Source: Lingula anatina (lineage: Eukaryota; Animalia; Brachiopoda). From it: a DNA stretch of 64,000 bases. Within the stretch, counting starts at the first letter, position 1. Each line of letters opens with the position of its first letter. The position numbers and the translations under genes were made by a program. The notes under the pieces were generated by a model. The model had not been told where the DNA came from, searched no databases, and worked only from the letters and a program-made list of their open reading frames with translations. Below, piece by piece: positions 12,542-25,566 of this stretch. Where the stretch lies: contig CM120646.1 in assembly GCA_051362555.1 (NCBI GenBank), positions 6,386,001 through 6,450,000 on the forward strand. Reading direction: 5' to 3'.

Positions 12542-15500
12542 TACAATATAGATTTGACTGCAACATATGTATATGTTACAGTTTTAGGTATGTTATGAAA
12601 ACAAAAGTTGATAGGGGCTGTGAACAAGACTACAGTAGCGGTAGCAAGTTGTAAAATGAAATAATTAGTTTTAATCTGGTTGCTTATAGATAAACCCCAG
12701 TAAGTGATATTATACATTGGGTTTATCAGAGCTGCAACATAAAGGGTGAAGCTTGATAACTTTGAGGTCCTTTTTTCTGTTTTTTCAGGCTGTCACAGAG
12801 GAAAAGTTTTCAATTCTTTTCCAGTCCCAGTTTACAGTGGGGGGAGGGGAACTGGTGTTTCAGGTCTGGGTAAGTAACTTGATTGGTTATTATTTTATTT
12901 TATTTTATTTTATTTTATTTTATTTTATTTTATTTTTTAATTAAATGGACTTTAATAATGTAATGAAATCTCTCTTTGCTCTTTTTTCAGGAAGTACCTT
13001 TTATTTGTGTCAGCTTCTTGTTTTTTTTTTTTTTTTTTTTTTTTTTTCATACATTTATGATCATTCATTACAGAATTGGACTTGAAATATGAAGAGAAAT
13101 CTCTCCAAATGCTTTGAAGATTAATAAGTAATTTATACTCATAAACTTGAGAAAAAAAAACTTGCAAACTTTTTAAGGATCAGAATCAGATCAAATTTTG
13201 AGAAATCATAACTTAAAAATACAGTATCTGTAAAATTCATAATGATTTTCCCATAATAAAAACATCAAATAATGATCATAATCTGGACTAACAGTGACAC
13301 ATGGTTGATATATATGTTCCTTCCAGACGCTGTCCTTGCCAGTGGTAGTCACAGTCCATGGGAACCAGGAGTGTAATGCCTTAGCTACAGTATTATGGGA
13401 CAATCAGTTTGCAGAGCCAGTAAGTGACGTGTAATCAGGGCTTGACACTAAGGCTGCATTTAGAACAGTGGACTAAGTAGTCCGCAGGTCAAATATGGTG
13501 ACCTCCTAAAAAGCTTGCTGTCTAATCCGCTAATAGACACTGAGTAGATTATTCGTTGGGAAGTGTTTAAGTGAGTTTACCATATTTGACCCTCGGACTA
13601 GTTAGTCCACTGTTCTGAATGTGTTTTGCTTGCCCTCCTGGCCAGTAACCCCTGTGATTCACTGGCCCGAGATCAGTTTTCAGTGACCCTGGGCCAGCAG
13701 GCCATTTTTAATGTTGAACCCTGGTAATTTTGGAACCAGTTGGTATTGTGGGGTGGAATAACTAAGATATCGGACTTTTCATTAAAAAGTGAATGCAGTC
13801 GAATCAGATATTTGATAATCTTAATATTTGCTGTGAAATGTGAAATAAAGATTTGAAATGGATTTTTAGCTCATTGCTTATGGGCAGAAGCAATTTTTAC
13901 TCTGTGAATAAACTGCAAACAAAGCCAGCTACATAAACAGAAAGTACGTTATAATGCATTTAAACAACCTAAAAGGGAACTCCTCTGTACATAAGACCCC
14001 TTTGATAAAAATCTTTTGTGTCGCTTGTTTGACATTTTAAGTAATTTTTTCTTTCAGGGTCGTATACCTTTCCTTACACCTGACACAGTATCCTGGCCTC
14101 TTCTTGCCGAAATGTTGTCAACCAAATTCCGTTTTGCCACTGGTGGTGGACTTACAGCTCAGAATTTGAGTTATTTAGCTCAGAAGATATTTGGTTATCA
14201 ATCTGATGACTACACAGCTTGCAGAGTCAGCTGGTCCCAATTTAATAAGGTAATTATTAAAGATTTTAGATATAAGAGTTTCTTAATGTTATTATAAGTA
14301 TCTGAAATGATAAGTCATTTGATATGGCCTTTGAGATGTCCGAGTCCCTGCATCATCTATTTAGACCAACGGTGTCTATAGGAATAAGGCCTTATAGTTT
14401 AAAACAAATGTGTCAAGTTTTCCCCATTGCCTGAAATTACTTTAAGGGCATCAAAATACATGTACATAAATAAATTGTAGTAACAATTGTTATAACCCAC
14501 ATGTTGTAGGAAACCCTGCAAGGAAGAAATTTTACATTTTGGGAATGGTTCTACGCAGTGCTGAAGTTGACCAAGGAACACCTGCGAGGACCCTGGTGTG
14601 ACGGGTAAGGTGATCTGAAGTCTTGTCTTAACCATAACAGGTCTGCAGGGGGGCAACTTCACTTAATCAATTATCACAAGAAAGAAAGTTTTACAATGTT
14701 ACATCGTACCTATTTTTATGTATGGATGCGAAGCTTAGACCCTAATTTCAAAGGGAGTCCTTTTTCTGGAAAAAAAAAATGCACAGAATCTATTAACACA
14801 GAGAATTTCTATTAGATTTTGATTCAGGGTGGACATTTTCTGGAAAAGAGGCAGTTCTTTGAAAACGCCCTGAACGAAATTTTAGCCCAAAATTTGGTCC
14901 AGTTTTTGGGTACTCTTGGGATAGTAGCATATAAGATCTCAAAATACAGTTTAATTGTTTTTTATCCAAGGGATGACAGATCTTTGAAACAATACAAATA
15001 AATAAATAAATACAAAGATTATGATTGATGGTTCTGGATTTTCTCTTGTGTACTGGGTACATGCACACTGCTATGTCATTTAATGTGCATGTTATTTGGA
15101 TATGACCATTAAATTGAAGACTCTAAAATAGATATTAACTTCTTATTCTTTTTCTTCTGACTTTACCACATAGCAGTGTGTGTAATATCGGGAACCGGGA
15201 ATCTTCATAATATTCCGTTGGTTATTTATGTTGATGTTTCTATTTCAGCTACATCCTTGGTTTCATCAGCAAAAGTATGGCTCAAGAGATGCTTCTCTCT
15301 AATCGTCAGAATGGAACATTCCTTCTACGCTTCAGTGACTCAGAGATAGGTGGGATTACCATCGCTTGGGTGGCAGATGACCCCCAAAAGCCAGGTACTG
15401 TAATGCTGTATCTCCCAATATGGCCAATTTTTTCTTGACTCAGGCAGTTTTATTAATCAAATGACAATGGCCATGTTTATATAGATGAAGGGTGTTTTCT

Positions 15501-18376
15501 GTTTGAAGAAAATTTGGATACAAAAGATTTTTACAGCAATTTTAAAAGGAGGGAATGTTTGGTAAATAATGACATGATTGGCACATACATAAAAATTATC
15601 AAACACAGGATGAAAAAAAAATTCATATCGTCAGCTTACATTTTTGCTCAGATATGATTGGTAATCATAGATAAATTTGAAAACTTGACTTCAGAATGAA
15701 AATTGAGACAAACTTGCCACTGTGTGATTTCAGATGTTCGCCAGGTGTGGAATTTGGCCCCTTTTACAACAAAAGATTTTGCCATCCGTGCCTTGGCTGA
15801 CCGTATCAAGGACTTACCAAACCTGCAGTTCCTGCACCCCAACATCCCCAAGGACCAGTGCTTTGGGAAATACTGGACAAATACCAACGGTAAGTAGGAG
15901 TCATTTATTATGCCCCCCCCCCCCCCCCCCCCCCCCCAGCAAAATATCAGACATGCAATTTTGCAGTAAATTTGCTACAATATTGCTGCAAACTGTAATT
16001 CCTTCTTGCAAATTTGCAGCAAGTTTTCTGCAATGTGGCTACAAATTAACAGCAGTAAAATTTCTTGCAAACTCCTGCGAACTTTCAATTTTGGCTGGTT
16101 TCAAAATATTTCAATATAGTTATAGTCAAACTTGAGTACTTTTTTTGGCTGATGAACCTTGCTTATATCCTTATATTTTATTGACTTGAGGTGGGGTGGG
16201 AGGCTTGACAGAAATTTGCATTTATTTAAAATTATCTATAATAACTTGTTTATTCATTGATGAAGTGAACTAAATCATTGTTTTGATATCAGGTTATTAT
16301 CTATGCAGGGTTTAAAGAAAGTATTTTAGATAATTAAATCTGAATCAATTCAGTGGCATATTTTACCACTTAGTAAACCCTGTACTGGTTCAGTTTAACA
16401 TATTGTATTATAATTGTTTTCCAGAGGGTGAGAGCAAAATAACTAAAGATGGCTATGTCCAGACACAGTTGGTGACTCATGTGCCAGGGTGAGTAGAAAG
16501 TTCCCTTAATTTTTTTAATTTACAAACCCCTGGTTGAGTTTAAAAATAAAAAATAACAGTCTAGGTCTATGGGGCTTTTCTGCAAGCCAATTTAGCCCAG
16601 ATTTAAATGTATGTGTTTAAAAAATAGGTTTGATAAAGACTTGCAAAATCCTAGAAAAAAAGTATCTGTCAGTGAATGAATTATGTACTAATGAAAATTG
16701 TTTATCAAAGTAGGTGTTTATGTCAATTTCAGTGGCCTTTTGTTGTGATCACATGTACTTTATTACAAGTTCCTTCAGTGAAATAATTTTGAGTGTGAAG
16801 TTTATGAAATTATGACTTTTTTTCTTTCAGAATGCACCCTCAGCCCATGGCCCCCATGAGCTTTGATAACCCCCAGACACCCCAGATGGAGATGCCACAT
16901 TCACCACCAGCGACTGCCATGTATGGTGATTCACAGACCTACGGAAATAGGTACAAAGCATCATGGGAGATTTTGGCAAAGGCGTAATGAAACTAATGCA
17001 AATCATAAAAAAAAAGTTTATTTGAATGTAGAGAAATACTGATTGAGCTGAAAATGTCCCCAGATATTAGAATGTTCAGTGTTCTTCATCAAAAAAGCTC
17101 CGGGCTTCAAAGGTTGAAAAAATATTTTTGCTGCATCGCTGCTGCCCCTATCCCAACCGTTTTTGATCACAGATACCTAGGGTTCACTCCCAATGAAATT
17201 TCTGTTCTACATAGATTGATCCAAATCCTCGGGGACTCATGCTGAATGCAAACAGATTAACATGCCTCAACTTGTATCCATTGTACTCATATAATCATCA
17301 GCTCTTCTGTATTCTACTCAAATCCGGGAGGAGATGTGTTTAACTATTAATCTGTTGCGATCAGCAAAAGTCCCAGCGGCGTTGGATCAATCTGTGTGGA
17401 GCATTGGCAGCAAGCCCCTAGATGGCAAGGCTTTGTGTTATAAAAATGAATGTGCACACAGTTACAAAAGCTTTGCAGTGTTTGAATGAAAAAAAAGACC
17501 AGTTTAATAAAAAAAAAAAAAAAAAAACTGCTGAATATGCTTCATTATGCCACAGCATATTGTGCTATAAGTACATATACCATGCATGTGCAACATGAAA
17601 CATTTATAGAGGTATTTTGTCCTTACCCCTGTACATTGTACCAAAGTGCCTTTGATTTTCTTTACTCATAAGAATGTACAGCTTCCATTATGATATTTTA
17701 CAAACTGAAGTATACCTAACATACATTTTTTTCCCTTTACTGCGCTTTGCCAATTTCCCATTATGTTTGCCTGTATCTGTATTGTCTGGGATGTCCGTAT
17801 GACTAGTATATGATATTTGAGTACAGTTTGCTGTTACTGTATTTATTACTTGCTCATTTGACTGTACGTGCATGTTGTAAAGTTATTCATTCAAGGATGT
17901 GCCGATGCATGCATGGCTGATAGTGTTTGAACATGCGCAGGGGGGGGAAGTGTTGGTGCCAAAGATGCCATGGAAAATGATTCTACAATACTTAAAAAAT
18001 TGTCTCTAATGACATATCTCAACTTTTTCATTTATTTATAAAAACTGTATACAGATGTGGTTTTCAACCCATTTAGAATGTTTTGTTGTTCAGATAATAA
18101 TATATTACCATCTTCCCCTCCCACCTAAAAAAAAAATAAATAAATAAATAAATAATAAACTAAAAAGAGAGAAAGAAAGAGAGAAAAGGTTCTTTGTATG
18201 TTCTTGATTTAACTAAATTTCTGATGATTTCTCCTGTTAGGAGTGCCCTGGAGCTGGATGACGGTGCCATGGATGGCGGGATGGAAGACATGATGTTTAA
18301 TGTCATGGACTACAACCCGGATGACATAGACCAAATTAATGTGAATGAATTACTGTATCCAGCCGGAGGAAGCTAA
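2237..18376 (+). CDS. STAT5: STAT5-like signal transducer and activator of transcription (5'-partial, 19 coding exons in window)
   Basis: AG/GT-bounded, phase-consistent exons: 2237-2393, 3914-4003, 4413-4502, 5028-5109, 5626-5759, 6481-6632, 7016-7177, 8347-8481, 11993-12128, 12422-12463, 12789-12869, 13327-13419, 14058-14249, 14510-14604, 15249-15394, 15734-15889, 16425-16488, 16831-16950, 18241-18376 (TAA). Hallmark STAT5-type motifs: [15 protein letters not shown] (coiled coil), [14 protein letters not shown] and [34 protein letters not shown] (DNA-binding), FTFWEWF (linker), [19 protein letters not shown] (SH2), DGYV phospho-Tyr motif, PHSP tail. The first ~40 aa are not in the window. 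The symbol denotes family similarity, not proven orthology. Confidence 0.96.
2428..2750. mobile_element. TTAA-target non-autonomous DNA transposon (Kolobok-like termini)
   Basis: TTAA|AGGTACACTCCAT ... ATGGAGTGTACCT|TTAA: perfect 13-bp TIR with TTAA TSD. Confidence 0.8.
5951..6161. mobile_element. PIF/Harbinger-like MITE (3-bp TSD), family copy 1
   Basis: TIR core TTCC.CAGA.TTTAGATCGATC with TTA on both flanks. A near-identical reverse-complement copy sits at 44097-44322. Confidence 0.8.
7126..7945 (+). repeat. Tandem array of five ~170-bp units, each copying the 3' end of STAT exon 7016-7177 plus its donor
   Basis: Unit ...GCACTGAACAACACAAT..CTGGG..TCTGTCCTCA.TAGTAAC.AG|GTAATCAATACAGGGGGTTCA... 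recurs with donors at 7178, 7345, 7519 and 7686; the fifth copy has a deleted donor region. Confidence 0.93.
8554..11765. repeat. Nested inverted-repeat (foldback) region built from Helentron/HINE-like elements in a STAT intron
   Basis: Element with a T-run start, hairpin ATGTACAGACACA-GA-TGTGTCTGTACAT, (CGTCGC)n microsatellite and ~160-bp internal tandem units at 8554-8977 (+), 9243-9559 (-) and ~10205-10766 (-). In addition 9810-10327 is the reverse complement of 10762-11272, 9580-9677 of 11441-11538, and 8976-9030 of 11715-11763. Confidence 0.8.
12099..12220 (+). repeat. Three ~40-bp tandem copies of the end of STAT exon 11993-12128
   Basis: GGCAACCTGTCCGTAACCTTCAGGAATATG|GTGAG repeated: the second copy has the donor mutated to TTGAG, the third keeps ATG|GTGAGC at 12210. 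Confidence 0.9.
13456..13622. mobile_element. MITE with ~45-bp TIRs
   Basis: CATTTAGAACAGTGGACTAA.TAGTCCG..GGTCAAATATGGT / ACCATATTTGACC..CGGACTA.TTAGTCCACTGTTCTGAATG. A diverged relative is at ~43522-43705. Confidence 0.75.
17178..17420. mobile_element. Degenerate palindromic MITE in the last STAT intron
   Basis: Nested inverted pairs CTAGGG/CCCTAG, AGATTGATCCAA/TTGGATCAATCT and AACAGATTAA/TTAATCTGTT. Confidence 0.6.
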
Positions 18377-21300
18377 AAGAGGCACTGAGTGGCAATAACA
18401 ATAACTGTACTACAGAGTAACATTGCAGTTGCCATAGCTGTAACACTTTCATATTGCAGCTACAGTAACATAAATGCAGCAGTTACAACACTGTTGCTGA
18501 AGCTATAGATTGATTATTGCAGCGTAGGTTATAGTGATTTGTGGCTTTAGATTTAGTAGTGATGTTGCTGTAGATGGTTGTATTGATACTGATTATTGTT
18601 ACTGAAGCTGCAACTGATGTCAAAAGCAATGTTACTGAATGGAAGAAAGGATGAGTCTCTGCAATGCCATAACGTTTGGTCAGTAAAAACTATAGGAAAG
18701 AGTAAAAAATTTTGGTATATTACATATATATCATTTATTTTCAGAGTTAATATAATTTTTGCTTAGCATTTATATAAACCATCAATAGTTGCCTTGATGA
18801 TGTATCATTGGTGTAATTAAGAATTATCACTTTAAGATCAAGGTGAAATTAGTAATATAAGCAGCATGTTAAATTGCCCAAATTGAGGTTTTGCATGTAA
18901 TAATAATTATAATATTTAGCTGTTGTCAGTGTCTGTTTAATGCTAGGATATCACAGCTATGAATACCACTTCTAGTAGACAAAATCTAGGGAGAAAAGCA
19001 TTTATTTATGTACTAACAATATTCTTGTGCCAGAAAAAGTGTTTTATGCTTAAAGTGCCCTTTAAATTAAAGCTCTGTGAAATCTGGAATTGTTTCAGAT
19101 TCATTTTTTAAGCTTCTTGGTAAAAAGAAGATTATGTATTTTTGTTGTAAATGGTGTTATTAAAGTAAAGTAATTTTTTATAAAGTGTTTATTAAACAAT
19201 TGCTTTTACATTTTGGTATCCTGCCGGGTATGACGGATATGCTTATATTGTATATGTAGCAGTATTACCAAATGTCTAAGACATGTTTTATTTATTTTTG
19301 TACATAATAACTACTACCATAAAGCTCTGCAATCAAATATAAGTAATTATCAAAATAGATTTATTATGGCAATGAAGTGATTCATATAAGAAATAAGAAG
19401 CTTTAATTATAAACGCTTTGAACTTTTGGATGAGAAAATATTCTCACTCAGAGCAGCTTGCTAATTGCCATTTTTCAAGAGGTTTCAGCACAGACATTCA
19501 GATACAATTTATCATGCACATGTATAGTACTACATGTTGATACTTTGGTATGCTTTACAAGCATTTGTTAAGTTATGAATTTGTGAAGTTGGAAAATCCA
19601 TCTGTGCAAAAATTCGGGCGAAAAGTAATAAATGACGCTAAAATGTTTCTGAAGGACAGCATGAATTTTCATGAAATCAATAGCAGAACTTTTTTTTCTG
19701 TAAATCTCTAAAAGCAGAGAATAAATGAATAATAGCCCTTTGAAATTGCAGCAGTTGAGATTAATCGCTGTCGACTTCAGAGTTGAGTTTTCTGCACACC
19801 TATTGCAATTGGTCATTTAGCTCGTCCAGTGATGTCGGTAAGGTACACTACCAGTTATACAGGCGTTGACTAAATAATAAATTGTTTTATAAGTCAAATA
19901 TATTATCATTGAAGCGTGTTTCATATTTATTTTTATCAAAGATACAATTGAATACACATACGATACTCGTGCGTACCTCTTCACGCTATGTGTGACAGGT
20001 CCCTGCCCTAATAGCCTATACAAACGGAAACCCTTAAAATACAGTCAAAAAGTCGTTTTTATCAGAGTCCTTCGTATTTGCCTGTTATTACGTACACTAA
20101 GCGAATATTACCGAATATCATTTTCGCAGGACAACGCGAAGCAAAGTAAATAAAAACAACCAAACCGTAAACGCCGGCATATAAAATATGTTCACTCAGT
20201 AATGTGCATGTCCAATTATTTGTGCTGGAGATGTGTGGGTGGGTGGGTGGGGGGAGACACGCATTCACTTCCCCCTTTCTAAAAGTCACTGTTTCATTTC
20301 TTCTGTTTCCACTTTTTAGTAAATCATGCGAAGCAAACCCTCAGCCCCCCCCCCCACCCCAGCATGGGGTTCGGGGCCCCAAAAGTTTTTTTAAAATATT
20401 TTTGGTAGATATGAGGATGAACGGTGCCATCTGGTACAGTTTAGAACTTTAATTCAGCTAGTCAAAGTTCTAATTTCTAGAGGAGAGTATTTGTGTTTTT
20501 TTTTTTTTTCAGAAATCTTCTTTTCTTTTTTTTTTTTTTCAGAAATCGAAAGAGTTGGGATCAGGACCACCCCCCCCCCCCCCCGCCCCCCCTTCAAATC
20601 CGCCACTGCGTATACCGTGTGGCGTCTGTGTGGAGGCAGGCAGTGGTCGTGGCCTGAATGAGCCTCCGTAGTGTGAATGATATTGTTAATCTTAAACTTT
20701 TGCCAAATTTTGAAAATCGTAAGCCCGTAGGCCGTAGCATCATCGCAGATGGCAGTGCACAGTTCCCGCGCCGGCATAGCTCGGTGGACTCGCGGTAATC
20801 GAAATGATGGTTGAACCTGTTCTTGGTCACTTTGTCTTCCATCTTTAGAGGTTGATGAAGGCATAACGACAGTAATGATGCTCAAAACTCATTGTTATTC
20901 ATTGTAATTAAATTTGAAATCGTGCTCCTCCTTCTTCTGCCCACCTGGACGAAAAATCCGTAACGATCTTCACGGAAGCTGCAAGGACGACAAATACACA
21001 GAGGCTAAAATGACCCCGCACGAACACTTTTCAACTGAAAAAAAAAAAAAAAGAAAAACGATTTTTCCTACCTGACCTCGAGGTCATGTCGTAAAACTGA
21101 CACGGCACCCGCACCGTATCTGTACTAGCTGGCCTTAGCCAACAGACATTTACGGTGTCAAAAAATCGCGTAGAAAATCGTATACATTTCATCCTACGGC
21201 GCCCTCAGGGCAAATGTAATTTAGGCTATAGCTTTTTAGTTCTTTGTTTGTATTGTTTAATTGCCTGTTTTAGTGATGGAAAATAAAAACTGGCGTGAGG

Positions 21301-21913
21301 CATGCTGTGTTAGCGCTACAAAATGTACCAAATGCACGTGGGAAAATGAATATCCTACATACATTTCGCATGGCACTAGCAGTAAAGCACCCTGTGTGTC
21401 AGAGCTCTCTGGCAACTCAACTTTTTATCATCAGACTCCCTCTGCCGCTTCCACATGTACCAGTAAAAGAGCGCATTCAGAGCAAGCTGATTCCCGGACT
21501 ACCAGATCCAGATCAGATATGGCCGACCCACTTGAAATCGTGCCGCATAATTGTCTTGTACAAACTGAATAGATTCACCGCGGGGATTCCGCGGTAAGCT
21601 CCCAAGTGGGCCCTCCATATTTAGTCCGCGGATCAACTTAATTGGGTTGTGAATGCGTCCTTACAGGACCTCTGAAACTCAGGGTGAACAAAATTCGCTG
21701 TAACAATACTGTAATTCAACACAGCTGTTGGAGAACGCAAATATTTACCCATTTTCCAAATAGCAAAATACCAACGGGTTTCTTGAAAACATCCACATGC
21801 AGGGTCTGCATTTCCAGTGTAAAAGGTTGTATAAGATCAATCCGTGAAGTTCTGTTCAGGGCTGTAAGAGGCTAATCTGTTTAGCCAGTGTTTTGAGCTC
21901 CTCTGATGTGAAG

Positions 21914-21994
21914 ATGGACCTGGTTGTATCTTTTACGCTATTTATGCCTATGGTTTTTATTATGGTGAGTGATTTTTTAAATGTTTTCATTTAA

Positions 21995-22062
<68 letters not shown>

Positions 22063-22207
22063 GGCTCTATCCTCTACCAGGGCGGCAGATAGGCAAATAG
22101 GCAAATCTTCCACCAGCCCCAGTCAGAGGAATGACTATATTTAGCCAAAGACATTATCTGAGAATGTCTAGTGAAAAATCAATCTGTGGCCCTGGTAGAG
22201 GGTACGT

Positions 22208-22240
<33 letters not shown>

Positions 22241-25200
22241 GTTAAATAGAAAGGCATTTGAAGCACCGGTGCATCAGAATTAAAAGATATCTCATCCTGT
22301 GAAAATGAAAGGAGGTATAGTATGACAAGGCGGGTTTAGTGACTGCTAAGCAATCTTTAAAACCCTGCTTCAAAAACTCTTATATTGAATGGGATTTCTT
22401 TTAAGTATATGTATGCACTTGTTGGCATAGGAACATGTAGTCATACGAACATGTAGGGAAGATGTATATGCAACCTTCGATTAAGAAAGTTGTAATAGCA
22501 TCTATTTCAACTGTGCCAACAAAAATAAATAAATAAATGAATAGATGAATTAATAGATGACTTAATAAACAAATTACATGATGGTAATGTCTGAATTTGA
22601 CTTATTTAATTAAATGAGCACAACAGTAGTCCTTACAGAAGTAAACTAAAAAATCAAAATGTTAATGGCAAACGACCTTCTGTATCTTCGTTAAAGAGTT
22701 GTAATACCGACAAAATGAAAAATGCTTTATCTTTTATGTATCTTTCAGTTGATGTCACCATCAGACGCCTTAATCTTGGATAAAATATCACAGTTAATCG
22801 CAAAAATCCTGGGACCTCCAGCAGGTATGACAATTGCGCTGCAAAAATAATAGATCTAATAAAAGGTTAAAAAACTGATTTATGAGAGGTATGACAATAA
22901 CAACAATTTTTTTTTTGAGACTGACATAGCTTTCAACGGGAAGTTTGATGACAAAAGAGACTTTGAAAGGGATGAAAAATAGTGTAAAGTGTTGCAATCT
23001 GTGCTACATGTTGGGAGCTTCCACTTCGATTAAGTACACACATTCTTTGCGACCTGAGTAATAAAACACGTTACAGAGAAGCGTGGTAGACCGGCCTCTG
23101 TTTCTTCCTTTGCAACATTTGCAGTTCCTCCTCATGGCTTCTGTCTTATTTCAGTGGACAACAGCTGCGCCAGTCGCCCTTGTCTAAACGGGGCAACGTG
23201 CGTGGACACGAAGCCCAACTACCTATGTTTATGTGCTAATAAGTTTGATGGCAGACACTGCGAATGTAAGAAATTAAACATTTCATTGAATAATTTATTT
23301 ATATAATAGTCGTTTTGATGTTTTGTTAACTTATCGGTGTATAAAAACTAAAAAGAACAACGATCAACTTGGTGTAGGGGGTGGCATAGCGGGGGCATGT
23401 GGCATTTTCTTAGCTTGGGTAGCTCTCTCCCCTCTAAAATATGATAAAATAATTAAATGATAAAATTTTTTACGAAAAATCAAGCATTTTTTCCATTTAT
23501 TTTCTGTTAATCTGACAGATATGCGGCATGAATTGAGCGAATAAAACTGACCTAATACAAGTAGACTAATTTTCGGACTAAAAATATTTTGTGAAACAAA
23601 CCCCAAGATAACAATCATTAAAATGAAATTCCTCCCTAAACGCTTACAATAAGTCACATTCCATGTCTTGCTGCGTAATCCATAGTAATGTTATTACAGA
23701 TAGACAATGGAGGGCAAAATTTACCAATTTAGGCGCCGAAGGACGCACTGGGCCTAAGGACCTCGGACACCACTACACTGGGCAGGACCACGACGGACTG
23801 GTCACTCTACGTGACGGTATCCAGTACTTTTCAGTCCCTCACAGTGGACAATACATGATACAGGCTGCCGGTAGGAAACATGGATTTTACTATATTTTAT
23901 AATAGCAGCTTTTTGACTTACTGCATCTCTATATTGAGCAATGTTTTTTTTTTCGAAGAAAAAGAAAAATTATTAATAACCTAATGGAAGGCTAATGTTG
24001 GTACTCATTTCCAAGTTTTGGATACTTTACCGATTCCTCATAATCTGTCACGCTAAATGGTATTCAAGAATGAACCTCTATGTAGGATTAGTACCGTCTT
24101 TGGTAAAAATGCATGCGTTCATTTTCACTTTTGATTTTTGAAAAATTACAACATTTTTTTTCAAGGAGAAAAAAGTGTTTATGCATTCAAAGTTATAATC
24201 TAATGTAGAAGGCATATGAAGTGTTTTGGTCTATTAATAAAATGATAAAATACACTTAAATGAAAACCAATGTATTTCCCGTTCTTCAGGAGCAGCAGGA
24301 GGCACAGACAGGCATAGTAAAGTACGTAGTCACGGCGCATTCGTTCAGGGCACATTTAACCTGACAAAAGGTACGGCGAAATATGAACAGCTTTTATAAG
24401 CGAAAAAAAGAGAGTTACTCCTTTATTCACATTTGAATATGATCCTTATTAGCGCAGCGCGAAGGAAAATGTCACGTCTTTCTCGATCGTTTTGGCACCC
24501 AGGGAGAGCAGAATGCTTGCATCTGACTATTCGTTTTGAAGTTGTACCTAATTTACAGAATTGTTACTTATTTTTCTACACTTAGTACCTGTTGCAAAAT
24601 TAATGACATTTTGTCTCTCTGTATTCATAAATGTATATTTATCATATTATATTATTATCATTTATTTGTTTGTAATACGCATTCTTTTATTTATTATTTT
24701 TTTCGACAGGAACTATACTGAAAATCCTCATTGGTCAAATGGGCGGCTTTAATGAATACGGATTTAACAGTGGTGGCGGCGGTGGGACATTTGTAGCTAC
24801 AGAGGACAACGAACCTTTGATAGTGGCTGGTGGTGGAGGGGGGAGGAATAACTTAATGCAGCGACTACCGGCCTGCGATGGGACTGTCGAAATAAAGAGC
24901 GCCATTGGTAAAGACAGCCGCGACAAATCGTGGATGAAGCAAGTCAGTTTTGGCGGCGGAGGTGGCGGTTTCTACCTAGACGGCGCTGGTTCTGGGAGTC
25001 GCGAGCGGTTCGGGAAGGCTGAAGGCGGACGGTCGTTTCTGAATAACGGAACGGGAGGTAGTGGAGGTTATCATACAACGGATGGAGGGTTTGGGGGAGG
25101 GGGTGGATCCACTGGCTTTAGTGGAAGCGGTGGGAGTGGTGGCGGGGGTGGGTACGAAGGTGGAACAAACCGAGGGGATTGGGATCAGTGGTCATTGTGC

Positions 25201-25566
25201 GTTGCAGGGGGGAGTTCGTTTAACAACGGGACGGAGCGCAACGGAACCAGCGGCGCCAACAGCGGTCACGGCTACGCTGTCATTACTCTCTTAGGCAAAG
25301 GAATCGTATTGACCAAACGACCGAAGGACAAAGACGAAGGTTTGTCCGCCGAAGGGAACAGTACGACGGTTTCACGGTCCCAGTTTCAGAAACTGCGCAA
25401 TGAATTCGACGGCCTAATCAAAGTTGTCGGTCGTTTGCAAGGCAAACTAAACCGTATGGAGAAAAAACACAACATACTCAAGGAAAAATTCAACAAATAT
25501 GTTCATAGCAATGACAAGAAGAGAAAGAAGACAAACATTCCATCAAGAAAGGACCCTTCCACATAG
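21914..25566 (+). CDS. Secreted EGF + ALK/LTK-like glycine-rich domain protein with coiled-coil/basic tail (~448 aa)
   Basis: Exons 21914-21964, 22749-22824, 23155-23265, 23700-23870, 24290-24370, 24710-25566 splice in frame (1347 nt). Signal peptide MDLVVSFTLFMPMVFIMLMSPSDA; EGF CASRPCLNGATCVDTKPNYLCLCANKFDGRHCE; FTNLGAEGRTGP...GIQYFSVP.SGQYMIQAAGAAGG...RSHGAFVQGTFNL.KG.ILKILIGQMG...GGGGGTFV...PLIVAGGGGG...GGFGGGGG...GGGGGYEGG...GGSSFN matches the ALK/LTK extracellular glycine-rich module. Confidence 0.85.
21997..22059. repeat. (CT)n microsatellite (others at 1891-1939, 5124-5169, 22208-22239; (GA)n at 49892-49936, 52469-52507, 57812-57837)
   Basis: Read directly; these produce the spurious SLSL/RERE ORFs. 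Confidence 0.95.

Noticed and set aside
17890-18040. Possible alternative STAT terminal exon
   Set aside because: The acceptors lack a pyrimidine tract and in-phase frames stop quickly; exon 18241 gives a typical acidic tail.
20454-21600. ORFs of 82-143 aa between STAT and the EGF gene (e.g. CCVSATKC, THAP-like?)
   Set aside because: No complete motif or splice structure; interleaved with poly-C/poly-A MITE fragments, so probably repeat debris.
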